From positions 4,124-68,123 of the forward strand of contig CAYMYA010000001.1 of assembly GCA_964394565.1 (NCBI GenBank): a stretch of DNA of 64,000 nt, written 5' to 3'. The first letter of the stretch is position 1, and every line of letters starts with the position of its first letter. This stretch comes from an uncultured Gammaproteobacteria bacterium (GTDB lineage Bacteria > Patescibacteriota > Patescibacteriia > UBA9934). Position numbers and translations under genes: made by a program. This document shows, piece by piece, positions 46,368 to 56,149 of this stretch. A model generated the notes under the pieces. The model saw nothing but the letters and a program-made list of their open reading frames with translations, ran no database searches and was not told the origin of the DNA.

Positions 46368-47639
46368 CTATTTGCGTTTTTCTATGACGTCCTGACCGCC
46401 CATGTACGGACGGAGGACTTCTGGAATACGCACAGAACCATCGGCATTTTGATAATTCTCAAGAATTGCCACGAGCGTTCGCCCGATCGCAAATGCGGTG
46501 CCATTTAATGTGTGTACAAACGCCATTGTGCCAGCTTCTGTTCGATAGCGTGTATTCAAGCGACGGGACTGGAAATCTGTACACGTACTTGTGGAATGCG
46601 TTTCTCGGAACGTTTCTTGTGTAGGAATCCACGTTTCAATATCAAACTTTCTCGCAGCAGGAAGACCAAGATCGCCGGTGCATTGTTTAATAACGCGGTA
46701 ATGCAGCCCAAGCCCCTGCATGAGCTCTTCTTCGATACTGCGCAACAACAGATGCTCTGCGTCCGACTCTTCCGGCGTTGTGAAGCTGAACATTTCAACC
46801 TTATCGAACTGGTGCATGCGGAGAATCCCACGAGTATCCTTCCCGTAACTTCCCGCTTCACGACGGAAGCACGCGGAAATCCCAACATACCGAATTGGCA
46901 ATGAGGAACGCTCGAGAATTTCATCCGCGTGGAACGCACCGAGAGGCTGCTCTGCGGTACCAATGAGGTATAGGTTATCTTTCTGGAAGTGATAGATTTC
47001 ATCCTGTCCACCGTGTTCCAAGTACCCCATGGCGCGCATAATATTCTCGTTCACCATGTCTGGCACGATCATCGGCGTAAAACCGTGTTTTGCGGTTCTC
47101 GACATGGCGTAAGAAATCAGCGCCATTTGTAACCGTGCGCCGTCGCCAATAAGGTACGTAAACCGCGATGCTGCCGCCTTGGCGCCACGATCGACGTCAA
47201 TAATGCCGAGTGCTTCGCCGAGGGCGAGGTGATCCTTTGGCTCAAAATCGAATGCTGGGCGCACACCAACCGTATCGAGGACTTCATTTTCTGAATCGTC
47301 TTTGCCAACCTTCACATCAGGAAGTGCAGGGTTCGGTATTCTGTACAACAGCTCCCGCAATTCTTCTTCAAGTGGCGTGAGCTCTGCATATAATGTTTCG
47401 GCCTTCTGGTCGACTGCGCGCATTTCTTCAATGAGACGCTTGCGTTCATCGGGCTCCGCCTTTGCAATCACACCGGAAGAAGCATTCTTCTGTGCTTTAA
47501 TTGCTTCGACTTCTCCCGTCAATGAACGAACGCGCCGATCGAGGTCGAGCAAGCGCTCAACATCAACGGTGACGCCTTTTGCGAGAGATCGTTCTGCAAG
47601 TTCTGTGCTATGTTCACGTAAATATTTCATGTCGATCAT
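46368..47639 (-). CDS. serS: serine--tRNA ligase
   Basis: N-terminal coiled coil plus class II motifs (FRRE, GLP..R). Confidence 0.9.
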   Translation of the reverse strand: MIDMKYLREHSTELAERSLAKGVTVDVERLLDLDRRVRSLTGEVEAIKAQKNASSGVIAKAEPDERKRLIEEMRAVDQKAETLYAELTPLEEELRELLYRIPNPALPDVKVGKDDSENEVLDTVGVRPAFDFEPKDHLALGEALGIIDVDRGAKAAASRFTYLIGDGARLQMALISYAMSRTAKHGFTPMIVPDMVNENIMRAMGYLEHGGQDEIYHFQKDNLYLIGTAEQPLGAFHADEILERSSLPIRYVGISACFRREAGSYGKDTRGILRMHQFDKVEMFSFTTPEESDAEHLLLRSIEEELMQGLGLHYRVIKQCTGDLGLPAARKFDIETWIPTQETFRETHSTSTCTDFQSRRLNTRYRTEAGTMAFVHTLNGTAFAIGRTLVAILENYQNADGSVRIPEVLRPYMGGQDVIEKRK

Positions 47640-48043
47640 AGAGGGTTCAGCAAGGATGATTTATAACGTTCAGGTTCGAAAGCATCGAGCACGATCAGTT
47701 TGGGTGACGATGTTCGATCCGAATAAAATCGCTCAAGATCTTTTTTGAGTGCACGTTGGTCGTACCCAAGAAGAATAACGTCCGGATGAATGGTATCGAG
47801 AACGTGGTATTCGCCGTCTTGTTCATCGCCCATCACGACGTCGTCGACGAGCATGGATTCACGGAGTGTATCCGCACGAACTTGCCAAGGCTGTTGTGGT
47901 GCGTGACCTTTCAGGCGTATCACACTCGCATCGTTTGGGACGACGGCGATGCATCGATCCACCCGAAAACGCGCTTGTTCAAGCATGGCGCGATGCCCTT
48001 CGTGCAAACCGTCAAACACGCCGAATACGACTCCAGTATTCAT
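47636..48043 (-). CDS. cytidylyltransferase-like nucleotidyltransferase (RibL/TagD-like)
   Basis: GVFDGLHEGH is the (H/T)xGH nucleotidyltransferase motif; the protein is 135 aa and stand-alone. Confidence 0.55.
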   Translation of the reverse strand: MNTGVVFGVFDGLHEGHRAMLEQARFRVDRCIAVVPNDASVIRLKGHAPQQPWQVRADTLRESMLVDDVVMGDEQDGEYHVLDTIHPDVILLGYDQRALKKDLERFYSDRTSSPKLIVLDAFEPERYKSSLLNPL

Positions 48044-48046
48044 ACG

Positions 48047-49546
48047 TCACGATTCATCCGTAGCGCCGCCTCGCTCACTTTTTGGCTTCAGCGTCGGGAA
48101 CGCAATAACTTCTTTCAAATTTGGAGCTCCGGTGATAAACGCAACTAACCGATCGATACCAATCCCTACCCCACTCGTTGGCGGCATCGCGTATTCCAGC
48201 GCAGTGAGAAATTCTTCATCTAAAAATTGCGCCTCCTCGCTTCCCTTTTCACGGAGCGATTCTTGTTCTACAAACCGCGCGCGCTGATCTAGCGGATTAT
48301 TGAGCTCATGGTAGTACAAATTCACAATCTCCGCACCCATCATGACGAGCTGTGCACACGCGCTCTTTGTTGGATCGGCAGGATTTTGCCGCGCAAGTGG
48401 CTTTAAATCTGCAGGGTAATCAAACACCCACGTTGGTGCAACAATAGAGGCGCGACCAGTTTTTTTATACAGGGCATCCAAATATTCTCCGAATCCATGG
48501 CAATCCTTGAAATCAATGGCGAGATTTTTTTCTTTTGCTGCCTGGAGCACAGCTTCTACATCCTTCAGCGTATCGATATCGATGCCGCTGGCTTCAAGAA
48601 TGGTTTCCCGGAACGTTTTCCTTGGGAATGTCTGGGAAAAATCGAGCGTGATTCCCTCGATCGTCACCACCGTTGTACCAAGACCACCCTGAACCCCCTC
48701 GCGAATCATTGCTTCGTTCAGTGTAATAAACGCTTCTTTCGTGGTGTACGCGTGGTACAGTTCAAGCATGGTGAATTCTGGGTTATGCGCGTAGTCGATA
48801 CCTTCATTGCGAAAACACCGACCGATTTCATAAATCTTTTCCATGCCACCCACGACGAGTCGTTTTAAATACAATTCTGGAGCGACTCGCAAGTAAAAGT
48901 CCGTGTTCAGCGCGTTGTGATGCGTGATGAATGGCCGTGCACTTGCGCCGCCCGGAATGGGCTGAAGCATTGGCGTTTCAACTTCAAGGAAACCCGCGTC
49001 GTCCAGAAAACGACGCATGGCCGCAATAAGCTTTGAACGAACGAGCAGCCGTTTGCGAGATTCTGGGTTGGAAATTAGATCAAGTTCACGCTGCCTGTAG
49101 CGTATTTCTACATCCTGAAGTCCATGCCACTTCTCCGGAAGTGGCTTCAGCGCCTTCGCAAGCAAACGGAGCACTTTCGTGAGTATAGACTTTTCACCCG
49201 TCCGCGTGAGATATGCTGTTCCTTCAACTTCAAGAATATCACCGACATCTAACGGCGCGACCATTTCGGTATATCCGTCCGGAAAATCTTCCTGACGGAT
49301 AACAATCTGCATGTCGCCAGAATTGTCCGCAATCCGCAGAAATGTGAGCGCACCAATATTGCGCAATGCCATCACGCGCCCAGCAACCGTTTCCTGTGCT
49401 GCTGACTCGACGCGTTGATCAAAGGTCTGAAGAAACTCTGCAATCGTCACGGTTCTGTTACTGCCAGCTGGATATGCCTCAATGCCCTGCGCAGTAAGTT
49501 GCGCGAGCCTGTCGCGTCGCATCTGTTCTTCCGCAGTCATGGTCAT
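48047..49546 (-). CDS. lysS: lysine--tRNA ligase (class II)
   Basis: OB-fold N-domain and class II core (FRNEG, GGMEKIYEIGRCFRNE, GIGIDRL). Confidence 0.95.
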   Translation of the reverse strand: MTMTAEEQMRRDRLAQLTAQGIEAYPAGSNRTVTIAEFLQTFDQRVESAAQETVAGRVMALRNIGALTFLRIADNSGDMQIVIRQEDFPDGYTEMVAPLDVGDILEVEGTAYLTRTGEKSILTKVLRLLAKALKPLPEKWHGLQDVEIRYRQRELDLISNPESRKRLLVRSKLIAAMRRFLDDAGFLEVETPMLQPIPGGASARPFITHHNALNTDFYLRVAPELYLKRLVVGGMEKIYEIGRCFRNEGIDYAHNPEFTMLELYHAYTTKEAFITLNEAMIREGVQGGLGTTVVTIEGITLDFSQTFPRKTFRETILEASGIDIDTLKDVEAVLQAAKEKNLAIDFKDCHGFGEYLDALYKKTGRASIVAPTWVFDYPADLKPLARQNPADPTKSACAQLVMMGAEIVNLYYHELNNPLDQRARFVEQESLREKGSEEAQFLDEEFLTALEYAMPPTSGVGIGIDRLVAFITGAPNLKEVIAFPTLKPKSERGGATDES

Positions 49547-49551
49547 ACGAT

Positions 49552-50013
49552 TTATTTCACTTCGAGAATTTTGTATGTGCTTGTACCTGATGGGAGTACG
49601 ACATCCACCGATTCCCCATCCTTCGCACCCATGAAGACACTGCCCAGCGGCGATACGTTACTAATTTTTCCCGACATTGGATCCGCTTCATTCGCGCCGA
49701 CGATTTCAAACGTTTTCTTTACGCCATTTGATTCTGCAACAAACGTCGAACCAAGACCGATTTTTCCCCCACTCTTCTCTTCAACCACCACAGCGTCAAC
49801 AATCATTTCTTGCAGCTGTACAATACGCGTTTCGTTTTGTGCCTGCTGCTCCTTTGCTTCGTGGTATGCAAAATTTTCGGAAAGGTCTCCCATTTCCTTG
49901 GCATCAGAGATTTTCTGTGCAATTTCCGGGCGCAACACCTTCATACGGTGCTGTAATTCTTCCTTCATAGACTGAAGGCCGGCTGCTGAAGTATATGTGA
50001 CAAGATTTTCCAT
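49552..50013 (-). CDS. greA: transcription elongation factor GreA
   Basis: MENLVTYTSAAGLQSMKEELQHR...RPEI...GDLSENFAYH aligns with E. coli GreA from its N-terminus; the start is at 50013. Confidence 0.85.
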   Translation of the reverse strand: MENLVTYTSAAGLQSMKEELQHRMKVLRPEIAQKISDAKEMGDLSENFAYHEAKEQQAQNETRIVQLQEMIVDAVVVEEKSGGKIGLGSTFVAESNGVKKTFEIVGANEADPMSGKISNVSPLGSVFMGAKDGESVDVVLPSGTSTYKILEVK

Positions 50014-50060
50014 AAGATATGCGAGATAGTGTACCGTATTCATTCGATTAAGGTGTCTCC

Positions 50061-50086
50061 AAAAACAATCCCGCCAAAAGTGGCGG
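50061..50086 (-). terminator. promoter-proximal hairpin + U-tract in the greA leader (attenuator/terminator, GraL-like)
   Basis: Minus strand reads CCGCCACTTTTGGCGG followed by GATTGTTTTTGG; it lies between the candidate promoter and the greA ATG. Confidence 0.5.
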
Positions 50087-50097
50087 TACGTAAAAAG

Positions 50098-50126
50098 AGT
50101 ATCCCATGCCCACGAATGAGGGTCAA
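50098..50126 (-). promoter_or_regulatory. candidate sigma70-like promoter for greA (TTGACC-17 nt-GATACT)
   Basis: On the minus strand: -35 TTGACC (complement of 50121-50126) and -10 GATACT (complement of 50098-50103). Confidence 0.45.
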
Positions 50127-50283
50127 GACGAACCAAAAAACCTGAAATATCCTCAAAAGAAACAGCGCACCCACGGAAGTCAAGATTCGCCTTACTCCCC
50201 TCGGGCTAGCCACCGCCTCAGTATGAAGTGGAGTGCCGAGCTCTCACGTCATGCCTCACCACGTCGTCAGCTTCGTCAGCGTG

Positions 50284-50970
50284 TTATTGAGTTAGAGCAC
50301 AACCTTCTTTTGAAAGAATGAGCGTGGCAGGACTAAATTTGTATGTGTCCCCAGCATGAGTTTGGGGGATGAGAATGGCTTGCTGATTTACACCTGAATC
50401 GTGTAGTCTCTTTTGGATAGTGGCAAATGTATTCTTATCTGAGAAGAGTACTAATTTACCTTGAGCAGATAATGCTTGATAACTAGCTCTGGCAAGTTGA
50501 ACAAAAAGCCCACCATTGTCGTCTGGACCAAATGTAAATGCGGTGATCAGACTAATTCCTCCATGCAGTGAATGAAGAATGTCCAAGCCATCTTCGGTGT
50601 GAACAATAATTTTCGGTAAAACCTTTCTGAGTTGTGCCAACTGTGTCGGGTTGGTTTCGAGCGCTTCAACGCTTCCACCAGCGATATTGCAAATTTCATT
50701 GAGCATAAAAGTCGGTCCGCCACCACCTGATCCAAAATCCATCACTCTTCTAAAATCGGATAAATTAAGGTGACCATGCTTAATGGCCTCTTGCATAGCA
50801 TGTAGTGAATATCTAGAACCATCTCTTTGCCATGTAAAAGCAGGATCAGATCGGAATTGGGGAAACTGTGCTACATCTAAATTTAATATTTGAGCCAGCT
50901 TCAAAGACTCGATCCTAGCCCTATCTGCTTTATCAAACCCTTTATGATCTAAGTCTTGTTTAAAATCCAT
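50284..50970 (-). CDS. class I SAM-dependent methyltransferase
   Basis: Motif I VMDFGSGGGGPT is present. The segment is AT-rich relative to its neighbours and is followed by its own terminator. Confidence 0.7.
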   Translation of the reverse strand: MDFKQDLDHKGFDKADRARIESLKLAQILNLDVAQFPQFRSDPAFTWQRDGSRYSLHAMQEAIKHGHLNLSDFRRVMDFGSGGGGPTFMLNEICNIAGGSVEALETNPTQLAQLRKVLPKIIVHTEDGLDILHSLHGGISLITAFTFGPDDNGGLFVQLARASYQALSAQGKLVLFSDKNTFATIQKRLHDSGVNQQAILIPQTHAGDTYKFSPATLILSKEGCALTQ

Positions 50971-51029
50971 ATTGCTTACAATACATCATACAACTATTTC
51001 GGTTTCTGTGGATTTAACCCTGATTCGCC

Positions 51030-52949
51030 CTATTCCCCTCGCGAGCGATTCGCGAACCACCAGGCAAAGATTTCTTTAGCGATTGGGGTGGTGTAGTAGG
51101 CGTTACCAGCTTGTTCTACAATCACGGTGACGGCGATTTCGGGTTTTGCGAAAGGACCAAAGCCGGTGAACCAGGTGTGCTCCGCCTTCCCCGTCGCCCA
51201 TTGCGCGGTACCGGTTTTTCCCGCAACAGGCTCGGCGAGATCTTGCATAATCGTCGCACTGCCGTATGTGATTGTTGCGCGCATCGCGTCGCGAATAACG
51301 TTTGCGATATCTTCTGGCATAATGCGTTCTCCGGATGAAGTTTGGTTCAATGCCAAGTGCGGCGTCATCATCGTCCCCCAGTTCGCAAATGTTGCGGTGG
51401 TGCGGTTCATTTGAAGCGGTGTGACGAGCAAATCTCCTTGGCCAATGGAAACGTTATAGGTGTCTCCGATATACCAGGGTTCGCCTTTTGCGCTCAGTTT
51501 CCATTCTTTTGACGGCAAAAATCCAACCGCTTCGTTTGGAAGGTCAACGCCTGACGGTTCCCCAAGCCCAAACAAATTCGCGTACCGCATTAAACGCTCA
51601 ATACCAAGCCCTTCAAATGCCTCATTACCGCCACCGATAATGTAAAAGAACGTATTCACGGAATCGGCAATTGCGTGATACACGTTTGTGGAGCCGTGCC
51701 CGGCAGAACGCCAATCGGGAAAGAATCGCGAGCCAAGCCAAAGGCCACCCGTGGAAAGGAAACTTGTTGACGGCGTGATAATCCCTTCCATCAACGCAGC
51801 AGCGGCATACACCGGCTTCATCGTGGAACCAGCGGGATATTCCCCCTGCGTTGCCCGAGGGAATAGTGGAGCGTCAGGGTTCTCGAGCAACGCAGAATAT
51901 TCCTCCTGCGTAATGCCACGCGCAAACATGTTCACATCGTAGGACGGGTACGAAAGCATGGCGAGAATCTCCCCAGTGTTTGGATTGGTGACAACAGCTG
52001 CAGCACGCTTGATTTCTGCATTTTCGAGAGAAGTATTGAGAATCGCCTCAATGGCTCTTGTGAATTCCGCATCGATGGTGAGCGATACGTTTTCGCCCTG
52101 CACGGCATCGGTCTTTTTTAGTGTACGCAGCGGCACGCCCTCAGCATCCACTTCGACAATTTCAACTCCTGGCGTACCGCGAAGGACGCGCTCATATTCT
52201 GCTTCAATCCCCTGCCGTCCGATACTATCGAATCTGCGGTACCCCTCCGCACGTAACGTTTCAACGTCATCTGGCGGAATGCTCCCAGTAAAACCGAGCA
52301 CGTGTGAGAGCGTCGGCATCCACGTGGTGGCATACGAACGTGTGGACGCGAGTTCAACAGTGAGCCCCGGGTGTTCTTCGTGCGTTGCGAGGTATGCGAG
52401 GGCTTGCAGGTATGGCACGTCGTCTGCAAGCAACACCGTAGCATCGTGTTGCGCGGCAAGATATCGTGATTCAAACTCGTTCACCGAAACCGTAAATTGA
52501 GCACCAAGTTCAGCAAAATATTTTGCGCGAAGTAATTGATCCGTGGGAATATCGGCAACGCTAACGACAAGATGAAACCTCGGCGTGTTCCATGCAAGCG
52601 TCTCACCCCGACGATCTGTAATGACTCCACGGTTCGGAATGACGACTTTCGTACGGGTACGATTATTATCCGCAATCGCGCGATACACCTTACCTTCCAC
52701 AATTTGCCACTGGCCAATACGAACAAGAAAAATACTGAACGTCACAACGAGCAAATACAGACCAATCTTCTTTGCGCGTGCTGAGACGATATTCCCAACA
52801 TAACTCCCCGTTGATAGTTCTGAGGTTGATCGTTGTGCAAGAACGTCATCAAACGTTTCGTCCATCGCACCAAATGCCAATGTTCCGATCGCGTCATCGT
52901 CGGCCAACGGAAATACGGTACGTTCTTTTTTCTGTCGACGAAACATCAT
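51030..52949 (-). CDS. mrdA: penicillin-binding protein 2 (peptidoglycan D,D-transpeptidase MrdA)
   Basis: SXXK (STMKP), SXN and KTG (KTGTA) motifs plus a PBP dimerisation domain. The start is set at MMFRRQKK, which makes an ATGATG/TGA overlap with the mreD stop. Confidence 0.85.
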   Translation of the reverse strand: MMFRRQKKERTVFPLADDDAIGTLAFGAMDETFDDVLAQRSTSELSTGSYVGNIVSARAKKIGLYLLVVTFSIFLVRIGQWQIVEGKVYRAIADNNRTRTKVVIPNRGVITDRRGETLAWNTPRFHLVVSVADIPTDQLLRAKYFAELGAQFTVSVNEFESRYLAAQHDATVLLADDVPYLQALAYLATHEEHPGLTVELASTRSYATTWMPTLSHVLGFTGSIPPDDVETLRAEGYRRFDSIGRQGIEAEYERVLRGTPGVEIVEVDAEGVPLRTLKKTDAVQGENVSLTIDAEFTRAIEAILNTSLENAEIKRAAAVVTNPNTGEILAMLSYPSYDVNMFARGITQEEYSALLENPDAPLFPRATQGEYPAGSTMKPVYAAAALMEGIITPSTSFLSTGGLWLGSRFFPDWRSAGHGSTNVYHAIADSVNTFFYIIGGGNEAFEGLGIERLMRYANLFGLGEPSGVDLPNEAVGFLPSKEWKLSAKGEPWYIGDTYNVSIGQGDLLVTPLQMNRTTATFANWGTMMTPHLALNQTSSGERIMPEDIANVIRDAMRATITYGSATIMQDLAEPVAGKTGTAQWATGKAEHTWFTGFGPFAKPEIAVTVIVEQAGNAYYTTPIAKEIFAWWFANRSRGE

Positions 52950-53437
52950 GAGAGCGGTTTTAATGCGACGCGTGAGCCGATCGTGCGGCGAAATGACCGA
53001 ATGAGCATCGTTCCCAAATAAAGCGTTGGAATCAGGAGGAGTTCCTGAATCCATAGTGTTGAAAAAGAAATGTTCCACGTGACGTGAAAGAGTCCATGCA
53101 CAAAGCCATGAATCACCCACAATATCACGATACCAAACCCATGCGCGACGAGCCCAACACCAAGCAAGGCATACAACGAGCGTGTGCTAAAAATTTTAAT
53201 CATGAAGAGTGGCCCCAACATGGCGATGATCGCCGAAACAAAATCCCCTCGCAATATGGCAAGCGCGAGAAACCAGACAATCCCCTCAGGAATACCAACG
53301 CGCTGTAAGACGAGAAGCCCTGACGTCATCATCAGTGGAATGAACGCGATCCAATCGTCGAAAACCCAAAGGACGGACGTCTCCAGGGCGAGCAGTATAC
53401 AAAATGTTAGCGTGAGCACTATTGAAGACCGAATCAT
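52946..53437 (-). CDS. mreD: rod shape-determining protein MreD
   Basis: About 160 aa, polytopic, positioned between mreC and mrdA. Confidence 0.7.
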   Translation of the reverse strand: MIRSSIVLTLTFCILLALETSVLWVFDDWIAFIPLMMTSGLLVLQRVGIPEGIVWFLALAILRGDFVSAIIAMLGPLFMIKIFSTRSLYALLGVGLVAHGFGIVILWVIHGFVHGLFHVTWNISFSTLWIQELLLIPTLYLGTMLIRSFRRTIGSRVALKPLS

Positions 53438-54255
53438 AGTTCTGGAACAATGTGTTGAATGACCAAAACAACATTCCACGCCCGCGGATCATGAATTGGC
53501 GTCACTGTTGCGGTCACAAATGGCGCGCTTTCTTCAGTCGTCACCGTTTCCACAATGCCAATAAGTAACCCCTCGGGAATATTCCCTCCAAGCCCACTGG
53601 TCACCACGCTGTCGCCAATCGCAATCGTGGCATCCTGCGGAACGTACTGCAATGATAATACCGCCCCCTCATTCCCTACCACGAGCCCAAGAGTTTTTTC
53701 TTGCCCAAGTATCGTTGCAGTAATCGCACTTTGAGGATCTTCTATGAGCCGAACAGTCGCTTGCGTCTCCTGAACACGTATAATGGTACCGAGCAAATAT
53801 CCTTCCCCAATGACGACGGCATTGCCGATACGAATACCGTCGCGTTCCCCACGATCGATGATGATATCTGAGGACGCTAAGACCCCGCGTGCGATCACGC
53901 GCGCTGCAACCTTTTGCAGATTCTCCGATGTTCGTTCATATGCGAACAATTGTCTCCACTGAGCAACTTCGTCTTCTGCACTCGCGAGACGAGTGTTTCG
54001 TGCAACCTGATCTACCAACGTTTCCACGCACGCATTCAATCGATGCATTGTGCTATCGTCATTCGCGAAAACACGTGATGTCATTTGCGCAACGGTGTTT
54101 GCTACCGCATACATGCCTCCAGAAATACGGTGTAGTGCACCTGCAATCAGCGGAATACGCGATACCATCCAAAAAACGAGTAACGCAGCAAAAAAACCCG
54201 CAAACCGCTTCACGGCAACCTGGGCTTTTTCCGAAAAATACCATGCACGAGGCAT
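53434..54255 (-). CDS. mreC: rod shape-determining protein MreC
   Basis: N-terminal TM helix, coiled coil and a C-terminal beta domain (VVTSGLGGNIPEGLLIG). Confidence 0.8.
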   Translation of the reverse strand: MPRAWYFSEKAQVAVKRFAGFFAALLVFWMVSRIPLIAGALHRISGGMYAVANTVAQMTSRVFANDDSTMHRLNACVETLVDQVARNTRLASAEDEVAQWRQLFAYERTSENLQKVAARVIARGVLASSDIIIDRGERDGIRIGNAVVIGEGYLLGTIIRVQETQATVRLIEDPQSAITATILGQEKTLGLVVGNEGAVLSLQYVPQDATIAIGDSVVTSGLGGNIPEGLLIGIVETVTTEESAPFVTATVTPIHDPRAWNVVLVIQHIVPEL

Positions 54256-54263
54256 ACGGGAAA

Positions 54264-55316
54264 TTATCGGCGACGCTCAGCACCCGTTGCAGGAAGCATC
54301 ACGTCGTGTAAAAGCCCCTCGTCGCCGAGCAAAATTCCGCACCCGCGCACAACCGCAGTTTGCGGATCTTCAGCAAGGTGCACAGGAATATCCGTTTCTT
54401 TTGCAATTGAGCGCTCAAGACCACGCAGCAAACTTCCTCCGCCAACGAGCGTAATACCGCGCTCATAAATGTCTGCGACCAGTTCGGGAGGCGTGAGCTC
54501 AATCGTAGATTTAATATTTTCGATAATCGTACGCACTGACCGCGCAATGGCTTCACGAATTTGCGTATCTGTCACAGTTACTTCTTTTGGCAAGCCAGTG
54601 ATCAAATCTCTTCCACGCATGGTCATACGCAAGTTGTCTCCTAAATCCAACGTGCTCCCGATTCTACATTTCACTTCCTCCGCAACACGTTCACCAAGTA
54701 AGAGATTAAAAACATCGCGCGCATATTGCAAAACATTTTTCGTCATTTCATCACCAGCAATGGTGAGCGATTTCCATGTCACAATCCCAGAAAGCGAAAT
54801 AACGGCAATTTCCGTGGTGCCTCCACCGATATCTACCACCATGTTTCCGAGAGAGTCTTCAATGGGCAACCCTGCGCCAACTGCAGCGGCGATGGGTGCT
54901 TCAACAAGAATAGCCTGCCGTGCGCCGCCGGAAAGCGCGGCGTCTTCAACTGCTTTGCGTTCAACCTCGGTAATTTCCATTGGCACACTCATGACGATAC
55001 GCGGACGCGGCACGAAGGTGAAGGATTGATCGTGAATTTTATCAATGAAATATTTCAACATTTTTTCCGTCACTTCAAAATCTGAAATCACGCCTTTACT
55101 CAATGGCTTGGTAATATGAATATGTGGCGGTGTTTTGCCGAGCATATCCTTCGCAGTTTTCCCTACTGCGAGAATATGATTGGTTCGCGTATTGATCGCA
55201 ACCACCGACGGCTCGTTCATGACAATCCCTTTTTCTCGCACAAAAACGCGCGTTGTTGACGTGCCTAAATCTATCCCAAGATCTTCCGAAAACTTCCCAA
55301 AAAACCGATCAAACAT
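54264..55316 (-). CDS. mreB: rod shape-determining protein MreB
   Basis: MFDRFFGKFSEDLGIDLGTSTTRVFV...EPSVVA aligns with E. coli MreB from its N-terminus. Confidence 0.95.
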   Translation of the reverse strand: MFDRFFGKFSEDLGIDLGTSTTRVFVREKGIVMNEPSVVAINTRTNHILAVGKTAKDMLGKTPPHIHITKPLSKGVISDFEVTEKMLKYFIDKIHDQSFTFVPRPRIVMSVPMEITEVERKAVEDAALSGGARQAILVEAPIAAAVGAGLPIEDSLGNMVVDIGGGTTEIAVISLSGIVTWKSLTIAGDEMTKNVLQYARDVFNLLLGERVAEEVKCRIGSTLDLGDNLRMTMRGRDLITGLPKEVTVTDTQIREAIARSVRTIIENIKSTIELTPPELVADIYERGITLVGGGSLLRGLERSIAKETDIPVHLAEDPQTAVVRGCGILLGDEGLLHDVMLPATGAERRR

Positions 55317-55400
55317 AGCACGGGCATGTTCCCACACCGCGCCATTTCAAACCACACGTCTATCCACACCAATGGGTACGCTATCGTGAGACGACAGGGT

Positions 55401-55790
55401 TTAAATTTCCCGTGCTCCCGCGGTCATACTGAGAAACAGTGCCTCAACAAGTGCTGCAAGCACGACAAGAATCAGCATCGTTCCTAAAGAAAACAACTCC
55501 TGAGCGAGCAAGATGAGCGACGTCATACACAATAAGGCAAGCACAATGCCCTGACGTAATGAACGTGCCACAGCCTGATCGATGGGCTTTTCAGGCGCTC
55601 TCCAGGCACGAAACACTGTGCCCGCCATGGTGCACACACCAGCGACGCCAGCACCAAGAGTGAGATAAAAAACACCATACGCCAATAACCCTGCGGTAAC
55701 AGGGTCGATAGCGAGCATTACAATGCACCAAGACGAAATGCTCATTGCGGTACCCAGTGCGAGTACCACAAGATATTGTCGAAGCGTCAT
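55401..55790 (-). CDS. hypothetical integral membrane protein
   Basis: 129 aa with 4 TM helices. Confidence 0.45.
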   Translation of the reverse strand: MTLRQYLVVLALGTAMSISSWCIVMLAIDPVTAGLLAYGVFYLTLGAGVAGVCTMAGTVFRAWRAPEKPIDQAVARSLRQGIVLALLCMTSLILLAQELFSLGTMLILVVLAALVEALFLSMTAGAREI

Positions 55791-55807
55791 ACTGCGAACA
55801 GTATACT

Positions 55808-56149
55808 CTAAAATCTGCCACGCTCAATCTGCACTCGTGGTGTGATGGTGTGTACTTCTGCCTCAGGAACCTCTTCTCCTAATCGGGCAAGAATTTGTGG
55901 CGTCATCCCGTCGAGATCATATGATGCCCCCGCATTATCGCATCCAATGACGAGAACGCCATTCGCGTAACTAATGACCCGAATATCACGACATAAGACA
56001 CTATCACCCAGCAATTCATCTAAAATCTCATTCGCACGATCAACAATAATCGCCGCGGTGACTTGCTTCGTCACACCATGACGACGTAGCGCACCGTCAA
56101 GTAAACTACCAAGTTTTGTCAGCGAAGCACGGCGCTTAGATTTTTGCAT
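55808..56149 (-). CDS. DUF721 (DciA-like) domain protein
   Basis: About 113 aa from MQKSKRRASL with the DUF721 pattern (LGSLLDGALRRHG...IVDRANEIL...GVLVIGCDNAGAS). Confidence 0.5.
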   Translation of the reverse strand: MQKSKRRASLTKLGSLLDGALRRHGVTKQVTAAIIVDRANEILDELLGDSVLCRDIRVISYANGVLVIGCDNAGASYDLDGMTPQILARLGEEVPEAEVHTITPRVQIERGRF

